From contig CAWIZP010000010.1 of the NCBI GenBank assembly GCA_963840575.1, positions 137,485-201,484 of the forward strand: a DNA stretch of 64,000 nt, read 5' to 3'. The notes beneath the pieces are model-generated. The model had not been told where the DNA came from. It did not search any database and saw only the letters and a list, made by a program, of their open reading frames with translations. Each line of letters starts with the position of its first letter. The first letter of the stretch is position 1. The position numbers and the translations under genes are program-made. This DNA is from an uncultured Acidobacteriota bacterium (GTDB lineage Bacteria > Acidobacteriota > Terriglobia > Terriglobales > Acidobacteriaceae). Of the stretch, positions 46,719 through 56,364 are shown piece by piece.

Positions 46719-48209
46719 CTACGAGTTCCTCGCCCTGTTCTTAATCCAAATCGGTGTTCCCAAAAACCCGAAAGCCTGCCGAATTTGATTCTCCAGAAAT
46801 CGCTGATAGGAAAAATGCAGCTTCACGGCGCGGTTGGTGAAGAGCACAAACGTGGGCGGAGCAACCGAAGCCTGCGTCATATAAAGAATCTTCACTCGCG
46901 ACCGCATGGGAACTGAGGCTCGTTCGAAATCCACGCGCTCGACGAAGCGATTCATCGCTGACGTAGAAATGCGCTTGCGCCGCTCGGTGGCAACTTGCTC
47001 TAGCAGCGGAAAGATTTTCTCCGTCCCTTTGCCGGAGCGGGCCGAAATGAAAACGATGGGGGCGTAGTTAAGGAATTTGAGATCATAGCGCAGACGTTCC
47101 TCGAAAGCTTCGCGGTCGCCGGGACGTTTGCTCTCGCGGATCCGCATAGCCTTCGACGGCCTGCCGGGCTTCTGCGCGCCGTCCGCAACTAGGTCCCACT
47201 TGTTGACCACGAGAATCATCGAGCGACCGCTTTCGTGAGCATAGCCCGCAATCGCCGCATCAAGTTGGCTCACGCCTTCAGTCGCGTCGATCACAAGCAA
47301 CGCAATGTCGGCGCCCTCAAGATGCTTGCGCGCCATCACGACCGAAAGCTTTTCTGCCATCAGATGCGTCTTGCCTTTGCGGCGAATGCCGGCGGTATCG
47401 ATAAAGCGGAATCGGCGTCCGTCCCGTTCGACAATCTCATCGACGGCATCGCGCGTAGTACCGGGAATAGGCGAGACAATGGCGCGGTCGGACGCCGTCA
47501 GGCAATTCAGCAGCGTTGACTTGCCGACGTTGGGATGGCCGATGATCGCGACTTTGGTTTCGTAACCCTTGTCGGCCAAGTCATTGGAAGACTCCGATGG
47601 CTGAGACTCGCTTTCCTTTGTGTCCGCTGTGTCCTCTGTACCCTTTGCGGTTAGCTCTTCTGCTGGCGGCAAAATTTTCAAAACCGCATCCAGCAGATCA
47701 TCGATTCCGCGCCCGTGCTCGGCGGAGATCGGAAACATCTCTTTGATTCCAAGCCGATGAAATTCATTGACGATCGAGGCCTGCTTTTCACTATCAGCCT
47801 TATTAACCGCGAGGAAAAGCGGTCGACCAGTCTTGCGCAGCAGTCGAACCAATTCGAGATCTGACCCGGCAATCTCGGCGCGGCCGTCAACTACCATAAC
47901 AATTGCCGCTGCTTCGTCGAAAGCAACTCGCGCCTGGCGGAAAATTTCCGACGGAATGAAATCCTTTTCTTCCGGGAGAATGCCGCCGGTGTCGATCACG
48001 CGAATCCGTCGTCCGCGCCACTCCGCATCGCCGTACAGCCGGTCACGCGTGATGCCAGGCTCATCGCCGACAATGGCGCGCCGCGAGCCGACCATGCGGT
48101 TGAACAATGTGGACTTTCCTACATTCGGCCGCCCCACGATGGCAATCGTCGGGATGCCTGCGACGGTGGTGGCGAGCGTGTTCGTCGAGTTGTAAGTGGG
48201 TTGCGTCAA
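46719..48209 (-). CDS. der: ribosome-associated GTPase Der/EngA
   Basis: Two G domains (GRPNVGKSTLFN and GHPNVGKSTLLN) and a C-terminal KH-like domain. An acidic/Ser-rich linker lies between the G domains. Confidence 0.93.
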   Translation of the reverse strand: MTQPTYNSTNTLATTVAGIPTIAIVGRPNVGKSTLFNRMVGSRRAIVGDEPGITRDRLYGDAEWRGRRIRVIDTGGILPEEKDFIPSEIFRQARVAFDEAAAIVMVVDGRAEIAGSDLELVRLLRKTGRPLFLAVNKADSEKQASIVNEFHRLGIKEMFPISAEHGRGIDDLLDAVLKILPPAEELTAKGTEDTADTKESESQPSESSNDLADKGYETKVAIIGHPNVGKSTLLNCLTASDRAIVSPIPGTTRDAVDEIVERDGRRFRFIDTAGIRRKGKTHLMAEKLSVVMARKHLEGADIALLVIDATEGVSQLDAAIAGYAHESGRSMILVVNKWDLVADGAQKPGRPSKAMRIRESKRPGDREAFEERLRYDLKFLNYAPIVFISARSGKGTEKIFPLLEQVATERRKRISTSAMNRFVERVDFERASVPMRSRVKILYMTQASVAPPTFVLFTNRAVKLHFSYQRFLENQIRQAFGFLGTPIWIKNRARNS

Positions 48210-48241
48210 GCCTTAGTGAGCACAACTGCTGATAGCCGGGA

Positions 48242-50350
48242 ATGTTTATTATAGAGACTCTCGTGTCTTTAGGTTCCCAGCCCGTATCTCCACCAACACC
48301 CAGCAAGCCCGCGTCGGGGAGCAAAGACACATCCCTCAATCAATTTTTCGCGCCGGGAGGAGTCTTGGCGCGCACGCATCCGGCATACGAATTTCGGCGC
48401 GGGCAGTTGCAGATGGCGCAGGCCGTCGAGCAGGCACTCGAAGAGAAGCGGCACCTGATCGTCGAGGCCGGCACGGGGACCGGCAAGACGCTGGCATATC
48501 TACTGCCGGTGATCCGTTCAGGAAAGCGCGTGATCATCTCGACCGGCACAAAAAATCTGCAGGAACAACTTTTCTATAAAGACATCCCATTTCTTGAGCA
48601 GGCCCTGTTTGGGGGGGCGGGTTCGAGTTCCCGGCTTTCGGTTTGTTACATGAAAGGCCGTAACAACTATCTCTGCCGCAAGAAACTCTACGATCTCACC
48701 GATCAGCCGGTGCTGAGCGGCTTGCAAGAGATAGATCACTATCGCGCGATCGCCGCTTGGGAAAAGACAACCGCCACTGGCGACCGCGCGGAGCTTGCTG
48801 AACTGCCAGAGACCAGCGCTCTCTGGCACAAACTTGATGCGCGCGCCGACGCATGCCTCGGACAGAAGTGCAGCGAGTGGGAGCGCTGCTTCGTCACAGA
48901 GATGCGCCGGCGAGGGATGGAGAGCGACATCATCATTGTGAATCATCACCTTTTTTTTGCCGACCTCGCCATTAAATTGCAGGCGGAGGGCGCGCCCGAT
49001 GCAGGAATTCTGCCCGACGCTGCTGCAGTGATTTTCGACGAGGCGCACGAATTGGAAGACGTCGCGGGCAACTATTTTGGCATTTCTGTGAGCAACTTGC
49101 GAGTCGAGGATCTGGCCCGGGACGTTGAAACGTCACTGCAGCACAATCACATGATGTCGGCTGCGCTCTCGGGAGCGGTGGGAAGCCTGCGAGAAAAATC
49201 GCAATTTTTCTTCTCGTTGTTGCCGCCGGGAGAAGGCCGCTTCGCCTTCGACGGCCGCCGCGAATTTCTTGAAGAAAACGGAGACGAGTTTCTCGCCTTC
49301 AATCACGCCTTGACGCGACTGGCGGGAGAACTTGAAGCCCTGCCTCAAAAACCGGAAGAAATTTTCAACTTCGTGCGACGCGCGCAGGAGCTTCAGGTAC
49401 AACTCGGCTTCGCCATGGAGTCGGACGACCGCAATACGGTCTTTTGGATCGAGCGCCGCGGCGGGCGATTTTCACCACGCAGACACCTTTCGATTTCGCT
49501 CAGGGCAGACTCGGACACAGAAAAACCTCAGAGCGGAAGACAGAATGTTTTTTTACAGGCGACTCCAATCGACGTCGGCCCAATTCTTCGTGAATGCCTG
49601 TGGTCGAAGCTCGAATGCGCAGTTCTAACTTCTGCAACTCTCGCAGTCGGTGGAGGATTCGAATACATCCGGCAGCGCCTGGGGATTGAGCATGCGCGTG
49701 AGTCTGTGCTGCCTTCGCACTTCGATTATGAAAGCCAGGCTCTGTTTTATGTGCCGCCTGACCTTCCCGATGCCCGCGCTCCGCAATTTACCGCGATGGC
49801 TGCGGAGCGCATCCGCAAGCTTCTGGAAATCACGCGCGGACGCGCGTTCGTGCTTTTCACCAGCTATGCACAGATGAACGATGTCTACCAGCGACTGCTT
49901 GGGGAATTGGAATTTCCCCTGCTTCGCCAGGGGGATGCGCCAAAGAGCGCGCTGCTCGAGGAATTCCGGCTGACGCCCAATGCTGTTCTGTTTGCGACTT
50001 CGTCGTTCTGGCAGGGCGTGGATGTGCAGGGCGAGCAATTGAGCTGCGTAATCATCGATCGCCTGCCGTTTGCCGTGCCGAGCGACCCGGTCGTAGCTGC
50101 CCGGGTAAAGGCCATCGATGCCGACGGCGGCAATGCATTCTTTCAGTATCAGGTCCCGGCGGCGGTGATTACGTTGAAACAAGGCTTTGGACGCCTCATC
50201 CGCTCGCTGCACGACCGCGGCTTGCTGGTGCTGCTCGATAACCGCATTCTGAAGAAGCAGTACGGCCGCGTGTTTATCGAGAGCCTACCGAATTACAGGA
50301 GGACTACGGAGATGCGGGTGGTGGAGGAGTTCTTTCGAGGGATGTCGTAA
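48242..50350 (+). CDS. DinG/Rad3-family ATP-dependent helicase (Fe-S type)
   Basis: EAGTGTGKTLAYLLP (Walker A), the DEAHELED box, and four Cys in the 130-210 region (CYMKGRNNYLC...CLGQKCSEWERC). Confidence 0.88.
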   Translation: MFIIETLVSLGSQPVSPPTPSKPASGSKDTSLNQFFAPGGVLARTHPAYEFRRGQLQMAQAVEQALEEKRHLIVEAGTGTGKTLAYLLPVIRSGKRVIISTGTKNLQEQLFYKDIPFLEQALFGGAGSSSRLSVCYMKGRNNYLCRKKLYDLTDQPVLSGLQEIDHYRAIAAWEKTTATGDRAELAELPETSALWHKLDARADACLGQKCSEWERCFVTEMRRRGMESDIIIVNHHLFFADLAIKLQAEGAPDAGILPDAAAVIFDEAHELEDVAGNYFGISVSNLRVEDLARDVETSLQHNHMMSAALSGAVGSLREKSQFFFSLLPPGEGRFAFDGRREFLEENGDEFLAFNHALTRLAGELEALPQKPEEIFNFVRRAQELQVQLGFAMESDDRNTVFWIERRGGRFSPRRHLSISLRADSDTEKPQSGRQNVFLQATPIDVGPILRECLWSKLECAVLTSATLAVGGGFEYIRQRLGIEHARESVLPSHFDYESQALFYVPPDLPDARAPQFTAMAAERIRKLLEITRGRAFVLFTSYAQMNDVYQRLLGELEFPLLRQGDAPKSALLEEFRLTPNAVLFATSSFWQGVDVQGEQLSCVIIDRLPFAVPSDPVVAARVKAIDADGGNAFFQYQVPAAVITLKQGFGRLIRSLHDRGLLVLLDNRILKKQYGRVFIESLPNYRRTTEMRVVEEFFRGMS

Positions 50351-50359
50351 AAACGGTTT

Positions 50360-50755
50360 TCAATGCAGGAGTCGCATTCCCGCCACCGCTGCCGCTTTGT
50401 GATCGAATGTGACCGTGAATCGGCATTCGGCGGCACGAGCGCAGCGTTCGATCAAGTAATCGGCGAAGTCGGCGCGCCCGGCCCTGAACGCCCGAGACGC
50501 CTGCGAGACGATGTCTGAACGTTCGATAACCAGTTCCTTGCTCCGCAACAAATTCTCCAGGACCTGCTCGATTTCCGTTTTCCGATAATGGTAGGAGATG
50601 GCCAATACCCAAACTAACTCTGCGACGACGATTATGGAAAGAAATCCGGGTGAATCGAGGGATAAGGAGTTCATCACCCTCACCGCCGCAGCGGTTTGGC
50701 TAGGTTCGTCGTGAGTAAGGTAACGGATCAGAACGTTGGTGTCGAGGCCGATCAT
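50360..50755 (-). CDS. vapC: PIN-domain toxin VapC
   Basis: MIGLDTNVLIRY with conserved acidic residues. Paired with an upstream antitoxin. Confidence 0.88.
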   Translation of the reverse strand: MIGLDTNVLIRYLTHDEPSQTAAAVRVMNSLSLDSPGFLSIIVVAELVWVLAISYHYRKTEIEQVLENLLRSKELVIERSDIVSQASRAFRAGRADFADYLIERCARAAECRFTVTFDHKAAAVAGMRLLH

Positions 50756-50767
50756 TATCTCCGCCCG

Positions 50768-51013
50768 CTATCGCGATCGGGCCGCGCCTTTCGCGATGGC
50801 GGCATTCATCTCTTCAATCGATACCGGCTTCTTTCCCTTGCGATATAACATTCCGTTCAGTTCTCGCACAGAGCGGCTGGCGGCAACGATGTTGAATTCC
50901 CCTTTTTCCACTTCCACGAATTCAATGCGGTCGCCAGCGTCAAGCCCAAGAGCGGCACGGACCTTCACCGGAATTGTGACCTGCCCCTTTGAAGTCAAAG
51001 TCGCGGCAGCCAT
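50768..51013 (-). CDS. vapB: AbrB/MazE/SpoVT-fold antitoxin VapB
   Basis: TLTSKGQVTIPVKVRAALGLDAGDRIEF looped-hinge-helix motif. 12 nt upstream of vapC. Confidence 0.85.
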   Translation of the reverse strand: MAAATLTSKGQVTIPVKVRAALGLDAGDRIEFVEVEKGEFNIVAASRSVRELNGMLYRKGKKPVSIEEMNAAIAKGAARSR

Positions 51014-51035
51014 CCGTTCCTTTCCATAATCCTTG

Positions 51036-51073
51036 TTCCTTACATTATAGTAAGGAATTCAATGAATTGTCAA
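51036..51073 (-). promoter_or_regulatory. vapBC promoter with overlapping palindromic operator
   Basis: The minus strand reads TTGACA-17/18 nt-TATAAT. The -10 hexamer is the loop of the perfect palindrome TTCCTTAC-TATAAT-GTAAGGAA (51036-51057). Confidence 0.7.
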
Positions 51074-51090
51074 CATCGCCCCGGCGGCCT

Positions 51091-52578
51091 TTACACGTAC
51101 TCCCGTTCCGCCCTTCGAATCGCCCGATATCGCTCAAACACTTTTTTCTCGCTCTCCAGTCCTAGCGCTGAGCGGATCGAACTTCCCCGGAACGTATGCA
51201 TAAACATTTTCCAGCCTCGCAATAAGACGAACGCCGGATCATGACGCAGCGCCGCCGGTATGTGCTGAACTTTCATCCAGCGCTCGGCTTTCCAGCGCAT
51301 GAACTCCACTTCTTCTGCCGGCAAGTGCTCAGTGCGCACCACTGCTGTGGTCCCATCGTATTCCTCAAGCCGCTCATTCATGATCAGCCCCTGATCGCGA
51401 AAGTCTTTCGTCATGGGCGTGCGTGGATACGGCGTTGGGTGCTGAATGTAGGGCCAATCCACGTAGCGGCGCGCGAATTCAAGGTTCGCTTCAATTGACT
51501 CCCGCGTATCACCCGGGCTGCCCACAATCAATCCTCCCACCACATACATCTGGTTGCGATGAAGATAATCGATGGCTCTGAGCGTGGCATTTCCAACCTC
51601 GTGACCATTGTTACGCTCTGTATTTTTAGCGGAGGCATTTAAGAACTCGAGGTCATTTTCCAGAATGTTTTCAATCCCCAGAAACACGTAGCGGAAGCCC
51701 GCCCGCCGCATCAGCGGAGCGAGGGTTTCGCCGTGGTTCGCAATCGCCGAAGTCATGGCCTGCACGAAGTAGTCGATCGTGTTCAATCCCGCAGCAATGA
51801 TGGCCTCGCAGAGCGCCTCGAAACGCCGAACATTCAGGGTAATGTTGTCATCGACTAGAAAAATAGTTCGCGCGCCATGTTCGCGGGAATCGCGAATGTC
51901 GGCCAAGACGCGATCGAACGAATAGGTATGAAAATTGCGGCCGCGCATCTCAATGATCGAACAAAAGCTGCAATCAAAAGTGCAGCCGCGAGAGGTCTCG
52001 ATTACATCCACTTGCCGGCCCAGCAAGGTATATCCCTTGAGCACGCGCGCATTGCGATTGGGCAGGCGGATCTCGCTGTCCTCGAGTCGATGCGGTGCTC
52101 GCGCCGGGTTGTGCACCCAGCCGTCCCCGTTCTTATACGAGAGCCCCCCGATCTGTTCGAAGCCAGAACCCTGCTCAAGCGCTCGCAGCAATTCGCGGAA
52201 TGTGACTTCGCCCTCGCTGCGCACCAGATAATCCACACCCATATCTTCGTAAGCTTCAGGGGCTAGACTGGGATCATATCCGCCCACAACAATCTTCGCG
52301 CCCGGTCGAAGCTTGCGCACCAGATCGATAATTCGTCCGGCAGTGCGCCGCTGAAATGTCATGATGGAGAGCCCGACGACTTCTGGATCCAGTTCGCAAA
52401 CCAGATTGATAACAGTTTTGCGAACCTTACGGTGAACCAGAATCAAATCGGCCACCGCGACGCGATGGTGCGGATCGACGTTTCCGGCGAGCGAGGTGAG
52501 CGCCCCATTCGGCATGCGAATCGCCACCGGCGGCATGTGTTCGAATGAGTCCGGCATCGAAAGCAAAAGGACGTTCAT
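51091..52578 (-). CDS. B12-binding-domain radical SAM protein
   Basis: ATG 52578 follows AAGGA. N-terminal Rossmann-like B12 domain (MNVLLLSMPD...VGLSIMT) and the CxxxCxxC cluster SRGCTFDCSFCS. Confidence 0.85.
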   Translation of the reverse strand: MNVLLLSMPDSFEHMPPVAIRMPNGALTSLAGNVDPHHRVAVADLILVHRKVRKTVINLVCELDPEVVGLSIMTFQRRTAGRIIDLVRKLRPGAKIVVGGYDPSLAPEAYEDMGVDYLVRSEGEVTFRELLRALEQGSGFEQIGGLSYKNGDGWVHNPARAPHRLEDSEIRLPNRNARVLKGYTLLGRQVDVIETSRGCTFDCSFCSIIEMRGRNFHTYSFDRVLADIRDSREHGARTIFLVDDNITLNVRRFEALCEAIIAAGLNTIDYFVQAMTSAIANHGETLAPLMRRAGFRYVFLGIENILENDLEFLNASAKNTERNNGHEVGNATLRAIDYLHRNQMYVVGGLIVGSPGDTRESIEANLEFARRYVDWPYIQHPTPYPRTPMTKDFRDQGLIMNERLEEYDGTTAVVRTEHLPAEEVEFMRWKAERWMKVQHIPAALRHDPAFVLLRGWKMFMHTFRGSSIRSALGLESEKKVFERYRAIRRAEREYV

Positions 52579-52837
52579 GAACCAATCCTTACTGCCTCGC
52601 TGTGATCCCCAAGGCGTACTTCGCACACAGCAGGCGATGAATATGTCCGCCATTGTACAGTAGCCTGGGTAGAATGGCGCTCGGTCAATAGCGCGCCACG
52701 TCGGCAAATCTCAATCGCCCAATTAGAGGGACTTAAACGGGCCATTCGTGTGAGCGCTGCGCGTTACAATAGGTGTTTCGCGAGAAATTTTGCGATCATG
52801 CGGTCGGGCTAGTATTCAGCGGGGCGCCGAGGGATGA

Positions 52838-53215
52838 ATGTTCGAAGTGACGGTTGACGACAGCTTTGCCGCAGGCCACTACCTGCGCAACTATAAGGGC
52901 AAGTGCGAAAATCCGCACGGCCATAACTACAAGATTCGGGTGACCTTGGCTGGCACCGAACTCGACAAGGCCGGTCTTCTGCTCGATTTCAAGGATCTGC
53001 GCGAGGTGATGCGGCATGTCATTGACCGCCTCGATCACCAGATGATCAATGATATTGAGCCCTTTACCGTGATCAATCCGTCGGCGGAGAACCTGGCTAA
53101 GTATTTTTACGATGAATCGAACAGCCGGCTAAAGAGCGTCACCAACGGGCGTGTGCGAGTTAAAGATGTGACGGTATTTGAAACTGACACCACCACGGCG
53201 AAATATAGCGAATAA
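52838..53215 (+). CDS. queD: 6-carboxytetrahydropterin synthase
   Basis: FAAGHYLRNYKGKCENPHGHNYKI motif, 125 aa. Confidence 0.92.
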   Translation: MFEVTVDDSFAAGHYLRNYKGKCENPHGHNYKIRVTLAGTELDKAGLLLDFKDLREVMRHVIDRLDHQMINDIEPFTVINPSAENLAKYFYDESNSRLKSVTNGRVRVKDVTVFETDTTTAKYSE

Positions 53216-53258
53216 ACAGTTACTGGCCGCCGGTTGCTAGAGCCTGCGATTGCTGCTC

Positions 53259-53942
53259 ATGCAAATAACGGAGATTTATAAGTCGTTACAGGGCGAATCG
53301 ACCTACGCGGGTCTGGCCTGCATATTTGTGCGCCTGACTGGATGTAACCTTCGCTGCTCGTGGTGCGACAGTGAGTATACGTTCCAAGGGGGTCGAAAAA
53401 TGACTCAGGAAGAGGTCTGGGTTGAGATAAAACAACTCAGCCCTAAGGGCGGGTTGGTCGAGATCACTGGCGGCGAGCCGATGCTGCAGGAGCGCGAGGT
53501 GGTGCCCCTGATGCAGCGATTACTGGAATCCGGTTATCGAGTCCTCCTCGAGACCAGCGGAGAGCGCCCACTGGAGCGGGTTCCATTGGGGGTCATCAAG
53601 ATTGTGGACGTCAAGTGTCCAGAGTCCGGTGAAGGAGGCACGTTTCACACCGAAAATCTGAAGTCTCTGACACCGGAGGATGAGGTCAAGTTCGTGCTCA
53701 GCAGCCTCACCGATTACGAATTCGCGCGGGACTTTATCCGGCGACACAATCTCGCCGAGCGCGTGAACGCGGTGCTATTCTCCCCCGCTTTTCGCAAGGA
53801 TGCAACCGGAGCACGCGACAGTTCGCACTGTCTGCTCGATCCACAGGATCTTGCAAAATGGATGCTTGCCGATGAAGTTCCCGCGCGGTTGGGATTGCAA
53901 TTGCATAAGTTCATCTGGGACCCGGCTGTAAAGGGCGTTTAG
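53259..53942 (+). CDS. queE: 7-carboxy-7-deazaguanine synthase
   Basis: EIYKSLQGES and LTGCNLRCSWCDSEY radical-SAM motifs. Confidence 0.92.
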   Translation: MQITEIYKSLQGESTYAGLACIFVRLTGCNLRCSWCDSEYTFQGGRKMTQEEVWVEIKQLSPKGGLVEITGGEPMLQEREVVPLMQRLLESGYRVLLETSGERPLERVPLGVIKIVDVKCPESGEGGTFHTENLKSLTPEDEVKFVLSSLTDYEFARDFIRRHNLAERVNAVLFSPAFRKDATGARDSSHCLLDPQDLAKWMLADEVPARLGLQLHKFIWDPAVKGV

Positions 53943-54058
53943 GAGGATTGCGGATTGTTGATTTATTGATTGTCGATTGTTGAGTGAAGACACTGTATCT
54001 GCGGGTTTTTCAATTATCAGCAATCAGAAATCAACAGCCAGCAATTCCGAGGCGAGGA

Positions 54059-54766
54059 ATGGTTCATTCGGCGAAACCCCGCGCAATTGTTCTGCTCAGC
54101 GGTGGAATGGATTCCTGCGTCTGCGCCGCTCTTGCGGTCGGCGATTATTCTGCCGCGGCCCTGCATATTAGTTATGGACAGCGCACCGAACTACGCGAGC
54201 GGCAATCTTTCGTGGCAATTTGCGATCGCCTGAATCTCAACGACAAACTCATCGTACGCAATGAGGCTCTGCGAGTCGTCGGCGGTTCGGCGCTCACCGA
54301 TGAGAACATCGCCGTACCCACGGGTAATCCCGGCAGCCATGCGGCTGGCGACGGAATTCCAGTAACCTACGTTCCCTTTCGCAACGCTCATTTCTTATCT
54401 GTCGCGGTAAGCTGGGCGGAGGTGCTGGGTGCCACGAAAATCTACATCGGGGCCGTGGAGCAAGACAGCTCTGGCTATCCCGATTGCCGGCCGGCTTACT
54501 ATCAGGCGTTCAACCGCGTTATTCGAGAGGGTACGAAAGAAGGCGCCATAGAAATCGTCACGCCTCTCATCGGTCTGCGCAAATCGGAAATTGTGCGCCT
54601 TGGCCTTGAACTCAACGCTCCATTCGATTTAACTTGGTCATGCTACAGTCGCCAGGATCAAGCCTGTGGCGTTTGCGATAGCTGCGTGTTACGCTTGCGG
54701 GCATTTGCGGCGGCGGGAGCCACAGATCCGATTCCTTATGCAACAGCGATTGCCGATCGATTTTAA
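54059..54766 (+). CDS. queC: 7-cyano-7-deazaguanine synthase
   Basis: AIVLLSGGMDSCV PP-loop and the C-terminal zinc site CGVCDSC. ATG 54059 follows GAGGCGAGGA. Confidence 0.92.
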   Translation: MVHSAKPRAIVLLSGGMDSCVCAALAVGDYSAAALHISYGQRTELRERQSFVAICDRLNLNDKLIVRNEALRVVGGSALTDENIAVPTGNPGSHAAGDGIPVTYVPFRNAHFLSVAVSWAEVLGATKIYIGAVEQDSSGYPDCRPAYYQAFNRVIREGTKEGAIEIVTPLIGLRKSEIVRLGLELNAPFDLTWSCYSRQDQACGVCDSCVLRLRAFAAAGATDPIPYATAIADRF

Positions 54767-54871
54767 ATTCTTACGTTTGATAGTCGTCAAATGAGGCTCC
54801 GCCATACGCAGTGCGCATTTCGTCAACCGTGAGGACTCAGCCTTAATTCAGTTTTACGCCGGGAGGCCACG

Positions 54872-56038
54872 ATGAAGAAGCATTTTGCTGTGTTCATTCT
54901 TATTGCCTTAATGCTGGGACTCTCTGCCCCTGCGCTATTCTCGCAGGCCTCCGGAACGGTCAAGGGCGTCTGCAAAGATGCCAACGGCAACCCCGTCGCC
55001 GATGGTGTAGTGGTGTGGGCGAACCAGGACAATGGCCAGAAATATACCCTTAAGACCAACAAGAAGGGCGAATATTTTTCGCTCGGTCTCGCCCCGGGCA
55101 ACTACACAGTCACGCTGTACAAGAATGCCGACGACGCTAAAGCCAATAAGGAACTGTTTCACTTCAACAAATTTCAGGTCGCGCTGGAAGAGAATACGCT
55201 CGACTTCGACCTTAAGAAGCAAGCCGAAGAGACAGCAAAGGGACAAGGGCTGACTCCGGAGCAGATTAAGCAGATGCAGGAGGCGCAGGCAAAGCAGGAG
55301 AAAGAAAAGTCCACCGTCAAAACCTTAAACGAGAAAATTGTGGCCGCAAATACCGCGTCGAAAGCAGGAGACTTCGACACTGCGATTAACACCTTAACCG
55401 AAGCCACAACCATCGATGCCAATCGCGATGTACTGTGGGCGCAGCTTGCCGACGCATACCGAAATTCGGCGACAAAGCAGACGGATCCGGCCGAGAAGAC
55501 GAAGCGGCTGCAGGAAGCGGGGACCGACTATCAGAAGGCCATCGACCTGAAGCAGAAGGCTATGGACGCTGCTACCAAAAAAGATCCCGAAGACAGCAAG
55601 CGGCTGGCGGCGTACTACAACAATCTTGGAGAAGCCTCCGCAAAATCAGGCAAGATCGATGATGCCGTAAAAGCCTACACGCAAGCGGCGCAAATCAATC
55701 CGGAGGGCGCTGCCGGTTACTACTACAATATCGGCGCGGTATTAACCAATGCCGGCAAAGTCGATGATGCCATCGCCGCTTTCGACAAATGCATCGCCGC
55801 CGACCCCAATAAAGCAGATGCCTATTACCAGAAGGGTGTGAACATGATCGGCAAGGCCACGCTGCAGGGCGACAAAATGGTTGCGCCTCCGGGCACGGCG
55901 GAAGCGTTTCAGAAGTATCTGGAACTGCAGCCGAACGGCCCCTATGCAGACGTCGCTAAACAGATGCTCACCAGTATTGGCGCCGCGGTCGAAACAGGGT
56001 ACGGCAAAAAGAAGGCGCCACCGAAGAAGTCCAACTGA
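54872..56038 (+). CDS. secreted protein with carboxypeptidase-regulatory-like N-domain and TPR repeats
   Basis: Signal peptide MKKHFAVFILIALMLGLSAPALFSQA. GTVKGVCKDANGNPVADGVV...GNYTVTLY beta-sandwich-like segment. Repeated A..YYN.G TPR-like units. Confidence 0.75.
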   Translation: MKKHFAVFILIALMLGLSAPALFSQASGTVKGVCKDANGNPVADGVVVWANQDNGQKYTLKTNKKGEYFSLGLAPGNYTVTLYKNADDAKANKELFHFNKFQVALEENTLDFDLKKQAEETAKGQGLTPEQIKQMQEAQAKQEKEKSTVKTLNEKIVAANTASKAGDFDTAINTLTEATTIDANRDVLWAQLADAYRNSATKQTDPAEKTKRLQEAGTDYQKAIDLKQKAMDAATKKDPEDSKRLAAYYNNLGEASAKSGKIDDAVKAYTQAAQINPEGAAGYYYNIGAVLTNAGKVDDAIAAFDKCIAADPNKADAYYQKGVNMIGKATLQGDKMVAPPGTAEAFQKYLELQPNGPYADVAKQMLTSIGAAVETGYGKKKAPPKKSN

Positions 56039-56364
56039 TCGAGCGTCACTTCTCAGTTCCACTTGACTCAGCGATTAAAAAAATGCGGCTTCCGACTCTC
56101 GGCTTCCGAAACCCGGTAGCCGGAACCCGCTCTTTGCTTCGCGCGCGCAGACGAGTCCTTCAGGTCGCACTCGTAACTTAAAGACCTCTCGAACATTACT
56201 AAGGGCTATGTCCTAACTCGTCCTTACATTTCGACTACCAGCGAGATACAGTAGTTCATCCAGTTCGCCGGCATCAATTTGCCGACCTTTCTTCTGTGGT
56301 GCGTTCAATTCCCTAGCGGTGTCGCCGGCAGCCTGCCCTTAGCGAAGTCGAGGGGCTGCCCCGG

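Noticed and set aside
52579-52837. Possible preQ1 riboswitch upstream of queD
   Set aside because: I could not find the short P1 hairpin followed by the A-rich tail that is characteristic of preQ1-I. I also found no preQ1-II/III-like pseudoknot signature. Only a weak GCCC...GGGC pairing is present.
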